In this document: positions 34,290-45,038 of the stretch, in pieces
Position numbering within the stretch: the first letter of the stretch is position 1
Layout: every line of letters begins with the position of its first letter
Origin: a virus
Lineage: Duplodnaviria > Caudoviricetes
IMG/VR virus record: IMGVR_UViG_3300032167_000083
Location: 1 to 64,000 of that record
Length of the DNA: 64,000 bases
Direction: 5' to 3' (one strand)
Made by a program: the position numbers and the translations under genes
Notes under the pieces: generated by a model
Database searches by the model: none
What the model saw: only the letters and a program-made list of their open reading frames with translations
What the model was told of the DNA's origin: nothing

Positions 34290-37200
34290 TCAATCTAAAG
34301 CTTCTAATGATAATAAAGGAATTATATTATTATCTTTACCATTAAGTTCTTTTTTCATATTTTCAACAAACACATTATAAGCCTTCACAACATCAACAAT
34401 TTTAGTAATTATTATTCCATCTTCATTTTTAACACATTTAAGGTAAGGAATAGAAGACTCATCTAAGCAAAAAGCATCATCAATCATATCCTTAAATCTA
34501 CATAAAGATAAGACATCATATCCATATGCTAATAACTCTGGGTTAATATTTAAATCCCATTTTGCATTAGGATGTTGTAAAATTTTATCTACTGTTATAA
34601 TAAATAATTCAGCAGATTCAAAATAGAATTCATTAAAATTTTCAGGATATTTTTTATATATTGGACCTCCAAATACATCATTTTTATCGTTAATATAACA
34701 ACTATAAATTACAAGTTTAACATCATTGTAATCATATTCATTTTTTCCAACTTTTAAAATACATTTCATAATAATCGTCTCCTCAAAAAATTTCAATTTT
34801 CACAACTCGACAAAAAATACAAACCTTCTATATCATCTTTCTGTTCTTTTTTAACTTCAAATTCTTTAATACATGCATCAATAGAATCAATCAATTCAGG
34901 GTCAATATCATCAAACAGATATAATTTAGCTCTATGTCCTCTAATTATACTATTTTCTGGAGCTTTTATTGTTATAACATTATTTTCCATTTTTTTCCAC
35001 CTGAGTGTTTTTTGATGATTCAATAGTTCCAGTAGAAATTTCAACAACTCCAAAATTTATAAAATTACGAGGATCGAATTCACGTTCATAATGATAAGAA
35101 ATAGCATCAACAGAATAAACATTTTTATCAAATGAATATAATTTTTCATTTATTAATCCTTCATTTGCTTGAATACCTGAAATGTTATCAACTGTTTGAA
35201 TCAATTTAACACGATTACCATCATCTATAATTCCTGCAAATACCTGAATCTGGTCATAATAAGTATAGTAAGGTATTATTATTTTAAAATGCTGTTTGAA
35301 ACTCATAGGGGATGCATGAAGATTATTAGTTACGCTTTTTGCCATAATAAAAGGTAAATCTTTAACAAGACCTTGGGAATCATGCAAAATATATAAATGA
35401 TCAATCGAATATTTAAAATCATCTAAACTTATAGTATCAAAAGTTTCTTTTTTATTTTTATTACAATTGCAAGACATAATTTAATTCCTTCTTTCTTAAT
35501 TTTACTATACCCTATAAAGTATAGTTTATTTTTTATTTTCTCCTATTATACCTTATAGGGTATAATTTTTAAAATTTATAATATTCGCCTTCCACATATG
35601 TTAATTCATTTTGTTCAATAAATTCTTCAACTTTATCAGTATCAACATAAATTATCAATTTTTCCATTGGTATACTTTTATCTTCATTTTCATCATTTAA
35701 AATGATATTTTCGGTATTGCAACGAAACATATCTAAAATTTTTTCTGATTCATTTTCTAATTGAGTTTCTTGTTTTTCTTTCTCCAAAACTCTATCTAAT
35801 TCTTCTCTAAGTTCTTCTCTATATCTTTCAGAAAAATAGAGTTTCAATCCTTCAATAGAAGCCTTTTTACCTTTTTCTTTCACACGTTGAGCAAGTGTTT
35901 TAATAGTATCTCCATCATATTGAAGAGTCCACTCAGAGAATTTTTTAAGAGCATCATCTACATTGAATTCAATCTTTTTTCTTTTACAATAGTTATAATA
36001 TCGAATCAATGTTTTTAAATGATATCCAAGCATTTCTTCTTCATGAGAATCAGGATAAGATTTAGAAGAAAGGTGAATAACATGTTTATTTTCTGCGTTA
36101 TTATGATAAGCCATTCCAATAATATGAGCATAATAAGGAACAATATCTGATTCTTTTTCAAAATGAAGAAGTTTTTTATTATATGTACCATCAGGTTGTT
36201 TTTCATATATGTAAACTTTTGAATTTTTTATTAAATTATCAAGACCATCATGAATTTCTATATTATCAAACAGGTCACACTTGCCAGAAAAACGACTTAT
36301 GATAATCACCTTCTTTCTTTAAAATCATCAATTAAAACTCTTTCAAAACTTCTTTTTCTTCATCTGATTTTTGTTTTAATTCTTTAATAATTTCATCCCC
36401 ATCATTATCAAAATCTTTAATATCATGTGCTTGTAAAATTTCTGCATCAACTGTATTATTAACTATTATGATAGGTTTTTTATAACTTCTTTTATTTTTC
36501 TTTTTATTTTTAGAATTATTAGATTTTGATGTTTTAGTATCTGATGAATCAGTTGAAGTATGTTTTCTTTTTGCATCAAGTTCAACAAATTTTTCATAAA
36601 CTTGAGAAACAGACATATTTGCAAATTGTGCGATATTTGTTAGACCAATATTATTAATATATTTCAATTCTCCTCTAATGATAAACATATCGTTATATTT
36701 ATCTTCATTATACCTAATAGCCATATAAAAGTTACAATATTCATCTACCAATAAATTAATTCCTTCATTCCAAAGTTTGCTTTTTAGAAAATAGAAGAAA
36801 TAGTATTGATTATCATAACCTAAATCATAATTTGTAACATTTTTATTTTCTTTCATATATAATAAATGATAAGGATAACAAGTAATCAATCCACCATCAG
36901 AAAAAACATTACTCTTTATCCAATTAAAAGTTTGTTCTTTAGCCCCATCATACCATAATTCATTAAATTTTTCTTCATAGATTTTATATAAATCTTTTTT
37001 TGTCATTAATTCATCTCTAAGCATTTTAATACCTCTTTCTATTTTTTAATTATGTTATTTACTCATCATCACTAATCAATGCTCTAAATTTAGTAATAAT
37101 TTTTGAATTTTTACCTTGTTGTTCTTTTAAATGATTTTCAGTTGCTTCTAATTTAGTTTTAGCTTCTTCAATTTCAAAAATAGTTTTATCAATTTCTTCA

Positions 37201-37328
37201 TTTATATCAGATAGATTATTAATTGTATTTGTAACTAAATCTAAAGCTGATGATGATTTGTTTTGCAAAAATTCCAACTTTGCCTTTTTACTTTCAATAA
37301 AATCCTTTTCTTTTGTCTTAAAAAACAT
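34290..37328 (-). CDS. six hypothetical genes (34290-34796, 34793-35053, 34980-35477, 35569-36309, 36332-37024, 37059-37328)
   Basis: Co-oriented ORFs of 86-246 aa. Confidence 0.65.
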
Positions 37329-37350
37329 AATAAATTCCTTCTTTCTTTTT

Positions 37351-37920
37351 TTAAATATTTTCTTTTAATTCTTTTAAAAAATTATTTTTTATTTTTTCAT
37401 TATTGATAATAGTATCTCTAACTTTCATTAAAGTAAATCCTAATAAATTCAAACCCTTCCAATTGGTAGGATTTTTTATTTTACCATTATCATTTTCTAT
37501 ACTTAATCCAATACCCCAAATTTTATCATAAGGAGAAGCTTCAACTAATATTCTATCTTTTGTTGAAATAATATAATTTCTTAAAATTTCATTTTGAGTG
37601 AACTTTGCAAGATTACCTGTAAATACAATATTTTCTTTATTTAAATCCCAAAGTGCCTGATTAAAATTTTTTATTTTTCTGCCAAATGATTTAATTTCTT
37701 TTTGATTATCACTCAACATAATCTTTTTTAATATTTCATTATCTTGAAATAGTCGAGCTTTTTCAGCCATCATATATTGTTCTACACACCAATACGTTAT
37801 ATTGTCTATTGTGAATTCAATAGGATACCAGTTAGATAAATATGACCTGCTATGCCAAAAGAATAAAAAGTCAAAATTTTCTCCTTCATTATATCTTTTA
37901 CATAATTCTTTTTTATCCAT
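37351..37920 (-). CDS. NADAR (YbiA-like) family protein
   Basis: FFW, LSNWY, EQYMMAEKARLF.D, K..GR, KF.QN, LVEASPYDKIWGIG, G.NLLG..LM.VR. Confidence 0.92.
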   Translation of the reverse strand: MDKKELCKRYNEGENFDFLFFWHSRSYLSNWYPIEFTIDNITYWCVEQYMMAEKARLFQDNEILKKIMLSDNQKEIKSFGRKIKNFNQALWDLNKENIVFTGNLAKFTQNEILRNYIISTKDRILVEASPYDKIWGIGLSIENDNGKIKNPTNWKGLNLLGFTLMKVRDTIINNEKIKNNFLKELKENI

Positions 37921-37922
37921 TT

Positions 37923-38636
37923 TTAAATCTCCTCATATAAATGTTTATTAAAATCATTATCCACTATTGTAAAATAGTCGAAAGCATAAGGATAAATAGT
38001 AGACTGTGCATTTTTATCTCCAGAAGGATTATCTTCTGCAAGTTGTAAATATTGTATATAATATCCTTTCATTTCGTAAGGATCTTCAAATTCATCATAA
38101 TAGTCAGTATCGCAAAAATGTCCATATTCAACTATTGCTATACCATAATCAGATTTTAAAATATCATTAGTAAAAATAAATTCTAAAGTAATATTATCAA
38201 TATATTTATTTTCATCAAACCTATCTTTTCTAACACTTTCAACTATTTCTGATTCAGTAATAATAGCTTTAACAATACCAGTATCTTTGTCAATATGTAC
38301 TTTAGATAATATATCAATATTATCTTGATTAGCAACATCAAATACATAATCTACTAATGGTATTCGATTCATACCTTCATCTGGACCAGAGTAAATATCT
38401 TGAGAAATAACCCAACCTGTAAATTCACATAATGTATATGGAAGAATTTCAACTCCTGAATTAATATTTTTACCAAGTGGAATTATGAATGAATGATTTT
38501 CTGATTCTGTATCCATACCAAAAAAATATCCCACAACCCAAGTATTAGGTTCGTATTGTAAATTTTGATTTTCAAAGGTATCTTTAACTTTAGCTTTAAA
38601 TAAAATAAGTTTTTTATTATTTATGTTATTATTCAT
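37923..38636 (-). CDS. YopX-like protein
   Basis: ILFKAK...WVVG...EI.P.TLCEFTG...IF..DIL motifs. Confidence 0.6.
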   Translation of the reverse strand: MNNNINNKKLILFKAKVKDTFENQNLQYEPNTWVVGYFFGMDTESENHSFIIPLGKNINSGVEILPYTLCEFTGWVISQDIYSGPDEGMNRIPLVDYVFDVANQDNIDILSKVHIDKDTGIVKAIITESEIVESVRKDRFDENKYIDNITLEFIFTNDILKSDYGIAIVEYGHFCDTDYYDEFEDPYEMKGYYIQYLQLAEDNPSGDKNAQSTIYPYAFDYFTIVDNDFNKHLYEEI

Positions 38637-38637
38637 T

Positions 38638-39185
38638 TTATATAATTATCCTTCCTGTAGCTTGTGTTATTACATCATCAAAATCAACATATCCAAATAA
38701 AGCAGTATTTACTTCTTTATTAAAAATATTATTAATTTTCCATATTTCATCTTTTGTCAAATCATCAATAACATAATTGCTATTACTTACTTTAATATAA
38801 TAAGTATTGTTATTAATATCATTATCATTTTTTATATCCCAAAATAATTTAAAATCTTTAATATCTGTATTGAAACCAAGACTCATAGAAAAAATTCTCA
38901 TATATAATCACCTTCTTCATTATTTAATTCAGCTATTGAAAAAACATCAACACCCATTTCAGCAAAATCAATTGGCTTATCGTTGTTTAAACAATTTAAA
39001 ATATAATAATATATTTGTTTTTGAGAGTGATTATTTGATTCTAATGTTATTTTTAAGTTTTTCCAACTATATTCCTTTGTTTTAGGTTCATACCAAGGAA
39101 TTTTTACAATTATTGAATATTCATTTAAAGGAAAATATAGACTTAATTCTGATAGTTTTTTATTTACTTGTATTTTATCACTCAT
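38638..39185 (-). CDS. two small hypothetical genes
   Basis: ORFs 38638-38901 and 38898-39185. Confidence 0.6.
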
Positions 39186-39357
39186 AATTATTTACCTCTT
39201 GTCAACTAATTCTTCAGCAATACCAAGTATTTCAGCAATTAAAATACCTGATGCTAATACAGTAATACTTTTTGTAAATATTGCAACTACTGATGAAATA
39301 ATTCTAATTCCTGATTTAGCAATTGAAATAAATAAATGTCCTTTACTGTTCATAATA

Positions 39358-40137
39358 TCATCTCCCTTCCATCTCTTCCATCAACCATTCCCAAAAATGT
39401 TCTGATTCAATATGAGAAGTAAAGAAGGAATAATAATTAATATGATTTTCCATTAAAAAGTTCATTATTTCACTATGTAATTCTTCAGCTTGGTTCTCTG
39501 TTTGAAATCTTCCTTCTTGTTTATAATCATGATCTCTCATTAAACATATATTAAGATTATTAAATTGATTAAAATGATATAGTTCTAATTGTTTTAATAA
39601 TTCTTTAGATTGTTCATCTTTTTCATAAAAATGAGGAAGAATTATAGGACTATCAGTAACAATAATATCAACTTCATCAGACATTGAATGCATTTTATAT
39701 AATTGTTTTCCAAATATATAAGGTTCACAAGTAAATACTTTTTCTGAATGTTCGTAAAGTTTTGATTTTGCGAATTCAGGTAAATATTCAACTTTAAATC
39801 CATTCTGTTTTAATTTAGCTGATAAATACCAGCTTGCCCATGATTTACCTGCTCCTGGTTCTCCAATAAAATTAATAATTAAGGGTCTGTTTATTTTCTT
39901 TATTGTTGTTTTAATTTTATTATTTTTAGAAATATTTGATTGTATTTGAATTTGTTTTTCATATATTTCATCAATTATTTTTTTAAATTCTGATAAATCA
40001 ATTTTGTAATCATTAGGGAAAGTATCTATTAGTTTTTTATATGTATAATTTGAGATAATTCCTTTATCTGCTTCGTCAAATAAAGAATCTAATAAATTAT
40101 TTGTCATACTATAAATGTTTTCATTCATAAATATCAC
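39358..40137 (-). CDS. P-loop NTPase/kinase (AAA_28/NadR-like)
   Basis: INFIGEPGAGKS Walker A; EFAK; IVTDSP; GRFQ. Confidence 0.8.
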   Translation of the reverse strand: MIFMNENIYSMTNNLLDSLFDEADKGIISNYTYKKLIDTFPNDYKIDLSEFKKIIDEIYEKQIQIQSNISKNNKIKTTIKKINRPLIINFIGEPGAGKSWASWYLSAKLKQNGFKVEYLPEFAKSKLYEHSEKVFTCEPYIFGKQLYKMHSMSDEVDIIVTDSPIILPHFYEKDEQSKELLKQLELYHFNQFNNLNICLMRDHDYKQEGRFQTENQAEELHSEIMNFLMENHINYYSFFTSHIESEHFWEWLMEEMEGR

Positions 40138-40160
40138 CTCTTTTATTTTTATTTTATCTT

Positions 40161-40189
40161 AGTATAACATATTTTTTAAAAAATGTCAA
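40161..40189 (-). promoter_or_regulatory. sigmaA promoter
   Basis: TTGACA-N17-TATACT, extended TG. Confidence 0.75.
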
Positions 40190-40207
40190 TAGTAAAATAA
40201 AAAATTT

Positions 40208-40930
40208 TTAATTTTTTATGTAATACCAACCATTAAAATCAATTTTTTTAGAACTTACACTGTTTTTTAATAATTGTAAATTTTGAGAATTATTGTCACA
40301 ATTCAAAGTTGTATAAACTTGCATATATTTTACAACTTTTTTATTAGTCGTATAATACATTTTATAATTATATAACAATCCTACATTATGTAAAACATCA
40401 AGCATCTTCATAAAAGTTTTTTTAGAAATTTTATTCATTTCCATAATTCTTTCATGATACCAATAACAATTAGGCACAGAATCAGAAAAATTCATAAAAG
40501 ATTTTATTAACAAATATAATGAAACTAATTTATCAACATAAACACCATATTGTTTTTTACAATTTTTTAATTTTAATAATTCTTCATCAGTTAAAATAAC
40601 AAATTGTTTATTTTTTAACCAAGAATAATTATTTTTTGAATCTCTTTTAAATCGAATTGTTATTTTTTCAGCATTTGCTAATTTACTTAAATCACAATCT
40701 GTTTCAATGAAATTTTCTTTTTGTAGAGAAATTAAACAATCTCTTAATGTATCAGGTATTTCACCTTTTTTATTTGTTCTTTGATATTCCCAATAATCAA
40801 TAATATCATTAATTGAAAATTCAATATCTCCATTTCTTTTTTCAATCTGATATAAATATAAAAACACAAGAAGCATTTTTTTATATTCAGGATTTTCTAT
40901 GTATTTTTTTGAAATACTTATATTATACAT
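40208..40930 (-). CDS. putative winged-helix DNA-binding / replication initiator
   Basis: Two repeated L.VFLYL...I..L..L...G.I segments typical of tandem wHTH; next to repeat region. Confidence 0.45.
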   Translation of the reverse strand: MYNISISKKYIENPEYKKMLLVFLYLYQIEKRNGDIEFSINDIIDYWEYQRTNKKGEIPDTLRDCLISLQKENFIETDCDLSKLANAEKITIRFKRDSKNNYSWLKNKQFVILTDEELLKLKNCKKQYGVYVDKLVSLYLLIKSFMNFSDSVPNCYWYHERIMEMNKISKKTFMKMLDVLHNVGLLYNYKMYYTTNKKVVKYMQVYTTLNCDNNSQNLQLLKNSVSSKKIDFNGWYYIKN

Positions 40931-40975
40931 TTAAATCACTCCTTAAAAATATATTTTAAAATTTTAGTAATTTAA

Positions 40976-41004
40976 ATTATAACATAGAATTTTATAAATG
41001 TCAA
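40976..41004 (-). promoter_or_regulatory. sigmaA promoter
   Basis: TTGACA-N17-TATAAT; upstream flank duplicates that of the 40161 promoter. Confidence 0.75.
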
Positions 41005-41210
41005 TAGTAAAATAAAAAATTTTTTTATGAGTCTCAAGAATAAGAATAATCAAAAAATGAAATTTAAAAGAGTGGACTTTGGGATTCGAAGAATACCATT
41101 GTCCCTCTTTTTTTCATTTTGAAGATTTTCTTTTCTGAGGCTCTTTCTTTTATTATTCTTTTTTTATTTTCTTATTGTTCTCTTATTATATTATTATTCT
41201 GTGGGGAGAG

Positions 41211-41333
41211 TTCCTAAAAAGAGTATAGGAAAATTCCACTTTAAAATTTTATGGTTTCCAATATGCTACATAGGGATTTTTCCACTTTGGGTATATTTCA
41301 GTTCCTATATGTTGTCATAGGATTGCTAACTTT
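41211..41333. repeat. three imperfect ~33-bp direct repeats with 45-46 bp period (iteron-like)
   Basis: TTCC..A.....ATAGG.....CCACTTT-like units at 41211, 41256 and 41302. Confidence 0.6.
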
Positions 41334-41440
41334 AATTTTTGAGATAATAAGTGAATAAGACATACTTTATAGAAAATAGAAATAATAATAACAGATGTTT
41401 TTTAATTAACAAAAATTATAAAAATATTTAATAAAAACAC

Positions 41441-41469
41441 TTGACAATTTTTATAAAATATGTTATACT
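41441..41469 (+). promoter_or_regulatory. sigmaA promoter
   Basis: TTGACA-N17-TATACT. Confidence 0.8.
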
Positions 41470-41514
41470 AAGATTAAGTTATTTACAAGAATAACACAAT
41501 CTAAAAGAAAAGAG

Positions 41515-42159
41515 GTGAGGGATATGGATTTCGCTACAGGATTAAATAAAAGAGATGTAAATAAATTAACATTATATGTAGATATAGATGGAGTAGTATT
41601 AAGAACATCAGAAGCTTTTATAACTCATTATTGTAAAAAACATAATATTAATAAAACATTTTATAATTTAAAAGATTATAATTTTAAAAGTATTGATAGA
41701 AATATAGAACTTCAAGATTTCTTTAAATATGTTGAATCAAAAGACTTTGTGAATGAAGTTGAATTTTTTGAAGAATTTGTAGAGTATTATAAAAAGAGAA
41801 AAAATGATTTTAATTGGATATTTATTACAAAAGGAACGATTAATTTTTTTAATATAAAGCAAAAGATACTTGAAAAAAAATTGGGATATGATATAGAATT
41901 AATACATATAGGTCCTGGTCAAGAAAAAAATATTGTTGACATGAATAATGGAATACAGATTGATGATTTTTACTGTAATTTAAACACAAATGCGAAAACA
42001 AAGGTCCTTGTAAAGAATTTTATAGATACAGATTACAATTTTGTACCAGACATAAGGGAAGATTTATACATAGTTAATGATTGGAAAGACATTGGAGAAT
42101 GTCTTGATTGGTTTAAAAAAGAATGGGACTTAGAAAATAATTTTGAGGATTATGTGTAA
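41515..42159 (+). CDS. HAD-superfamily 5'(3')-deoxyribonucleotidase-like protein
   Basis: LYVDIDGVV motif I; FITKG; K...IQIDD motif IV. Confidence 0.75.
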   Translation: MRDMDFATGLNKRDVNKLTLYVDIDGVVLRTSEAFITHYCKKHNINKTFYNLKDYNFKSIDRNIELQDFFKYVESKDFVNEVEFFEEFVEYYKKRKNDFNWIFITKGTINFFNIKQKILEKKLGYDIELIHIGPGQEKNIVDMNNGIQIDDFYCNLNTNAKTKVLVKNFIDTDYNFVPDIREDLYIVNDWKDIGECLDWFKKEWDLENNFEDYV

Positions 42160-42237
42160 TATTAAACAAATAAAAGAAGAATTTTATTATATGTTTTGTG
42201 TATATTGAATAAAGATAAAAAAATGTATAAAAATCTA

Positions 42238-42486
42238 TTGACATTCATAAAATATTATGTTACAATAAATTCAAATTTAATCATGAGAGAGACGTAGAAT
42301 ACTCTTAAAAAACGCTCACTGCAGATGGGGTGAAAGGTTGCAGCGTGGGAGAACAATGAAATTAAACGGTCAGACAAAAGGCTGAATTAACTCCTGAAAA
42401 TCGTAGAACAATAGCAAATGGATGCGTTCACGTGGGATAATTACTATCCCTTCTAATTCCCCTTGATCCAGGTAATGCTGACGAAA
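42238..42486 (+). ncRNA. promoter plus ~200-nt structured RNA candidate
   Basis: TTGACA-N17-TACAAT; GC-enriched non-coding stretch with several nested stems. Confidence 0.5.
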
Positions 42487-42539
42487 CAAAGATAGAAGAA
42501 AAGTAATAATAAAATACATAATAAAGAAGGTGAATTTGA

Positions 42540-42926
42540 ATGAATAATTCACAACAAATGAGCCAATATGAACAAATTCTTGCTATTCGTAAAATGAATA
42601 GAAAAGATAAAAGAGCATTGGCTAAGAAATTAAAGATTAGTTATAATCAACTTCTTGAAATGATAAATTTTGAGATTGCAGATGTAACTGTAGAACAATT
42701 ACCTGAGGGAACTAAGGTTAAGCTCAAGACAGATAGAATTCTTGAAAGAAAAGAAGAACTTTCTGACAGGTATGTTGATTGGGTTGAAAAACATAAGGAT
42801 GATATATTTACTTGTGAAAGAGACCCAGAGTTTCCAGATGATTCTAAAAGAGTTGTGTTTAAAGAAGATGAAAATGAAGTAAAATGGAGTTTTCATGTAA
42901 CTGATTTAGAATTGGTTTTGGATTAA
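42540..42926 (+). CDS. hypothetical protein
   Basis: 128-aa ORF with AAGGTG RBS; EG.KVKL...W.F...DL SH3-like pattern. Confidence 0.75.
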   Translation: MNNSQQMSQYEQILAIRKMNRKDKRALAKKLKISYNQLLEMINFEIADVTVEQLPEGTKVKLKTDRILERKEELSDRYVDWVEKHKDDIFTCERDPEFPDDSKRVVFKEDENEVKWSFHVTDLELVLD

Positions 42927-43023
42927 TTTCGTAGTAAAAATTGTATAATTTTTTCTATAAGTATGTACATTTACAACTGAATATTGTAAAAATAAAACTA
43001 CTAAAAGAAATGGAGGGTATTAT

Positions 43024-45038
43024 ATGCCCAATAGATTATTTTATACAGCTAAGTTAAAGAGTAGTTTTATTATTGAGAATCACTGTGATATACATAAAAA
43101 TTTCTATGAACTACTTATGGCAAATAATATAATTTCATTAGCTGATTCTCAAATGTTGAGAACTATTCGACAATTAACAAATCATGAAATTGATTTGGAA
43201 AAATTGGAAGATTGGTATCGGGAACGAGATATTATTAAAAGACGAAAAAATTCTAAAGAAAACAAAGAACGAATAAGACAATTACAAAATAATATTTATA
43301 ACATGATGTTTATACCCGAATATATCACTGTGGTGATAGAAAAAGAAAAAGATTATGATTTATTCTTTAAAAGAGGATTTAAATTTAATGGTGATAAATA
43401 TACGAGATTGTCTTGCTCTGCTTCTCAGGCAAGAGTAAATACTGTTGTTTTTATAAAAGATGAACTTAAACAACAAATGCAGGATATTCTTAATAATGGA
43501 CGAAAGATGGATAAGCCGATGGCTCCAAGTAAATTTAATGCTTATTTTGGGTTGTATTCATCTGCTACAAAACAAGTAACATATCCAAGATTTTGTATTA
43601 TTCCAGATTATTGTGAGATGGATAGAGTTAAGGTTGATTTTGTAACTACTACAGATGATTTCTCTGATGATATTCTTGATGAAAGAACTATTGATGTGGA
43701 GTTTAATCGTTTTGATGGAAATGGATTAATTAGTCCTCAAATGGCTGAACAATGGAGTATAGATATTGGTATTTATAATCCTAATGCAGAAAATGAAGAT
43801 GATAAAGGATATATTGCTTGTCAATTTTGTATTAGACAAAGTTTTACAAAAGGCATGTTATGTACTTTTGATTTTCTTAAATTTTGTAAGGAAAAGAATA
43901 ATGAAAATTATATTATTAAAGATGTTTATGGACATAATGTTGATTTAAGAGAGATTGATGTTATTCTTACTGAAGGACAAGTTAAAATGTTCGATCATTT
44001 TGGATATGAAAAAGATGGTGAATGGATTCCATCTCAAGAAGTCTTTGAAAATAATATTAAGAAAAATAATTTATTTTGGGGTGTGACTCGTTTTACACCT
44101 GAACAAGATGATAGAGTTCTTATTACCAATTATCAATTTTTACAAACCTTAAAAATGACAGATGAAGATATAGAAGAATTATGTCAAGATACTGTTAATT
44201 ATTTTAAGGGTGTTTGTTCTGGAGATTATAATTATGCGTTATTGTTTATGCTTGGAGATAGTATGAATGAGAGAAAGATGCAGAATTATATGAAATCCAG
44301 TGATAATTATTGGTTAAAAAGTTTAATATGCAATCCTAATTTATTCAATGATAAATATACAAAGCAAAAGATTAAAGATTGTATTGAAAGAAGAATAGAA
44401 CAGGCTTGTATAGGAAAAATTTTGGTTGAAGGAAATTTTCAGGTTCTTATTCCAGACAGTTATGCTTTTATGGAGTGGTGTTGTTATAGAGATCCAATGA
44501 AAGTAAAAGGTTTATTAAAAGCAGGACAATGCTATAGTAAATTTTGGAAAGACAAAGATAAACATAAAATTTTATCACAAAGGTCTCCATTAACTCATTT
44601 TAGTGAATGTCATTTAATGGATGTAGTTTGGAATGATGATATTGATGAATGGTTTAAATATAGTTATACTGGATTTTATACAAATATACATGATGAAAGT
44701 GTTATGCTTTGGTCTGGTGCAGATTTTGACTATGATATTTGTGCGAGTACATCTAATCCAGTAATGATTAGATGTGTTTATAAAAACCAGAAACCAGTAA
44801 CATATGATGTTCCTAAACCAAAGAAAATGTTATTTACAGAAACAGATTTATATAATTTTGATAAAAAAAGTTTTGGTTCTTTAATAGGTCCTCTTACGAA
44901 TCATGGAACAAGTATTATATCTTTAATTTCATATTATAGAGATAGATATAATAAATATCATGATGAACTTGATTTAAGAAAGTTAAGATTATTAGAAGAT
45001 AGATTAAAGATGGTATGTGCAGGTCAGTCAAGACAGAT
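43024..45038 (+). CDS. YonO-like single-subunit RNA polymerase, exon 1
   Basis: SASQAR, FDGNGLIS, FCIR..FTKG, NYQFLQ, RSP and GADFDYD motifs; synteny with HU, terminase and capsid as in SPbeta. Confidence 0.85.

Noticed and set aside
34244-34290. Direct repeat ATGAACT(T/C)ACATTAT x2
   Set aside because: Only two short copies at a gene end; no function can be supported
42477-42487. CTGACGAAAC hammerhead-like string
   Set aside because: No stem II between CUGANGA and GAAA
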